From: Macrostomum hystrix
Lineage: Eukaryota; Animalia; Platyhelminthes
Direction: 5' to 3'
Assembly (NCBI GenBank): GCA_950097015.1
Contig: CATNEN010000012.1
Location: 2,852,001 to 2,916,000, forward strand
DNA: 64,000 nt
How positions within the stretch are numbered: position 1 is the first letter of the stretch; each line of letters opens with the position of its first letter. The position numbers were made by a program, and so were the translations under genes. The notes below the pieces were generated by a model. The model searched no databases and was not told the origin of the DNA. It was given only the letters and a program-made list of their open reading frames with translations. Positions 62,446 to 64,000 of the stretch are shown here, one piece after another.

Positions 62446-63036
62446 CCTATTAGGGATTTATGCCAAATCAAGAAATAATATAATTAAACTGAATGGTGAA
62501 AAAGACAAAAGGACATTTAAAAAACTGCTAAATCTAAAGCAATGTATTGTCTGTAAGACAGAAACAAACCAGAAGACGCCGATGCAGCCAGAGGATCAAT
62601 ACACCTGAAGCAATTTTAAAATCCAAGCCAAGTTAATTCACCGAACAAAGCTTGAGACGGGGAAGAGACAGTTAAGTAAAAGAAAATAGTACAAGAATTG
62701 ATCTTATAATAACTTATATAAGATTGAACTAGTCATATTGTAACTCGTGGCACATATATCTCGACCGAAATAAATCTGAAATGTGAAGACATACATATAG
62801 ATAGATAATAACATAAATTAATAAATGACAATGAACAGCAAATAACTAGAAAGTCTTTCAAAACAGAAACACACACACACACTTAAAAATGTAGATGTAG
62901 TTGTTGCTCTTATCAAATAACTAACCATAAATGACTTAAACTACCTCAAAAGCTTAGCTAAAAAAGACACTCCATTATGTGCTTATCTATCATCCAATCA
63001 TGAAACAGATACTCGAAGTTAGTTTCTAAATGTTAA

Positions 63037-63556
63037 TTAGACAACACGGCGGACTTCAAAGAAGCGTTTCAGATAGAAGACCTGACCAACAGTCATGGCG
63101 ATGAGGACCAGTGCTTCGAAGAATGACCAAAGTACAACTCGACTGTTGGTGTTGTCGTTGACTGAAAGTTAATTAACGGGGTAGATGTGCAGTAAAAAAC
63201 ACGCTTCCCAAGTAGCTACACTGTGCAAAAGTAGCTAGTTGAAGACACTTACTAGATCGATGGATTCGCTCGCGAACCTCCATGTACTCCTGCTCATGCT
63301 TGACGACAGTAAGGGAAGTTGACAGTTGGTTAATCATCTCCTCGAGCTTGTTGTGATGCTCATCCGCACTCATGTCCTTGCTGTCCTTGGGTTTCTCGCC
63401 AATGTCCATGGAGAATAGCACAATCTTTGGCGTCATTGTGCTCATCTTGTTAGAGAAGCAGTACTTGTACATGCCATCCATATGAGCAGCGAATGTGTAC
63501 TTGCCATTGGACTCTCGGTCACCGCTGTACACAACTTTGTTGTCAGGGCCATAGAG
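63037..63556 (-). CDS. TMED2: p24-beta cargo receptor TMED2, 3' exons 63556-63253 and 63161-63037; 5' exons not found in the window
   Basis: GOLD end ([33 protein letters not shown]), coiled coil ([25 protein letters not shown]|[10 protein letters not shown]), TM helix and the TMED2-type tail [12 protein letters not shown]. Phase-1 GT-AG intron. Confidence 0.93.
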
Positions 63557-64000
63557 CTAGGTGAATGCAAATTAAACAGGTTTGATTAAATAAGTATAAA
63601 GAAAACCTTCTAAGCAAACAATAGATTTGATTAGATTTGAGAGACTAGAGATTTGATTTCATTGAAGATCAGGTCTTTATATTTTTCAAAACATAAAGGC
63701 AATTATAATAAAAACAAAAAAGCTAGCTGATATAAAACTTAAAACTCTTTTTTTGCAAAATATTAAACTATCTATATCTTATAGCCTATCTAACCAAACA
63801 TATAGCCAATAGATTTACAGAATAAACATTGAAAAAACTAAACAAGTATGCTATAAAACATGTGGAAGTTTTTCTTACCTATGCCTTAGAACAACTTTAA
63901 ATTTGCTAGCAATAAAATAAAAGCAGAAAAGGAGACAACAATTAGATTTTTCCTTACCTTAAAATGTCCACTCAATTTTATATAATTTTGCAATGTCATA

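Noticed and set aside
63900-64000. AAG|GTAAGG donor-like site as the TMED2 upstream exon
   Set aside because: The preceding sequence does not encode the expected GOLD-domain residues, so the upstream exons probably lie beyond the window.

Overview
This is animal (metazoan) genomic DNA. Coding exons are GC-rich with poly-Q/P/A tracts, intergenic DNA is AT-rich, and about 26 different tandem arrays cover roughly 20 kb (~30%) of the window. That pattern suggests a free-living flatworm such as Macrostomum, which is an inference, not a database result. Seven spliced genes can be reconstructed from GT-AG sites and protein motifs: PRDM1/Blimp-1 (-); a 5'-nucleotidase-family metallophosphoesterase (+); a death-domain protein with two tandem IRAK/Pelle-like kinase domains, both reading DLD instead of DFG (+); a PKA-catalytic-subunit-like pseudokinase (-); a secreted PAN/apple + C-type lectin protein (-); a small CAP-Gly protein missed by the ORF track (-); and the 3' part of TMED2/p24-beta (-). 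Mobile DNA comprises one internally deleted mariner with perfect 30-bp TIRs and two tRNA-derived SINE families with three copies each, one carrying a CORE-like domain. Most long ORFs in the track are translations of minisatellites. The best candidates for novelty are the death-domain tandem kinase, the convergent PKA-like pseudokinase, the intron-specific minisatellites and their relation to 3' splice sites, a nine-copy RGAATCNNCC motif cluster, and an inverted SINE pair possibly inside the lectin 3' UTR.
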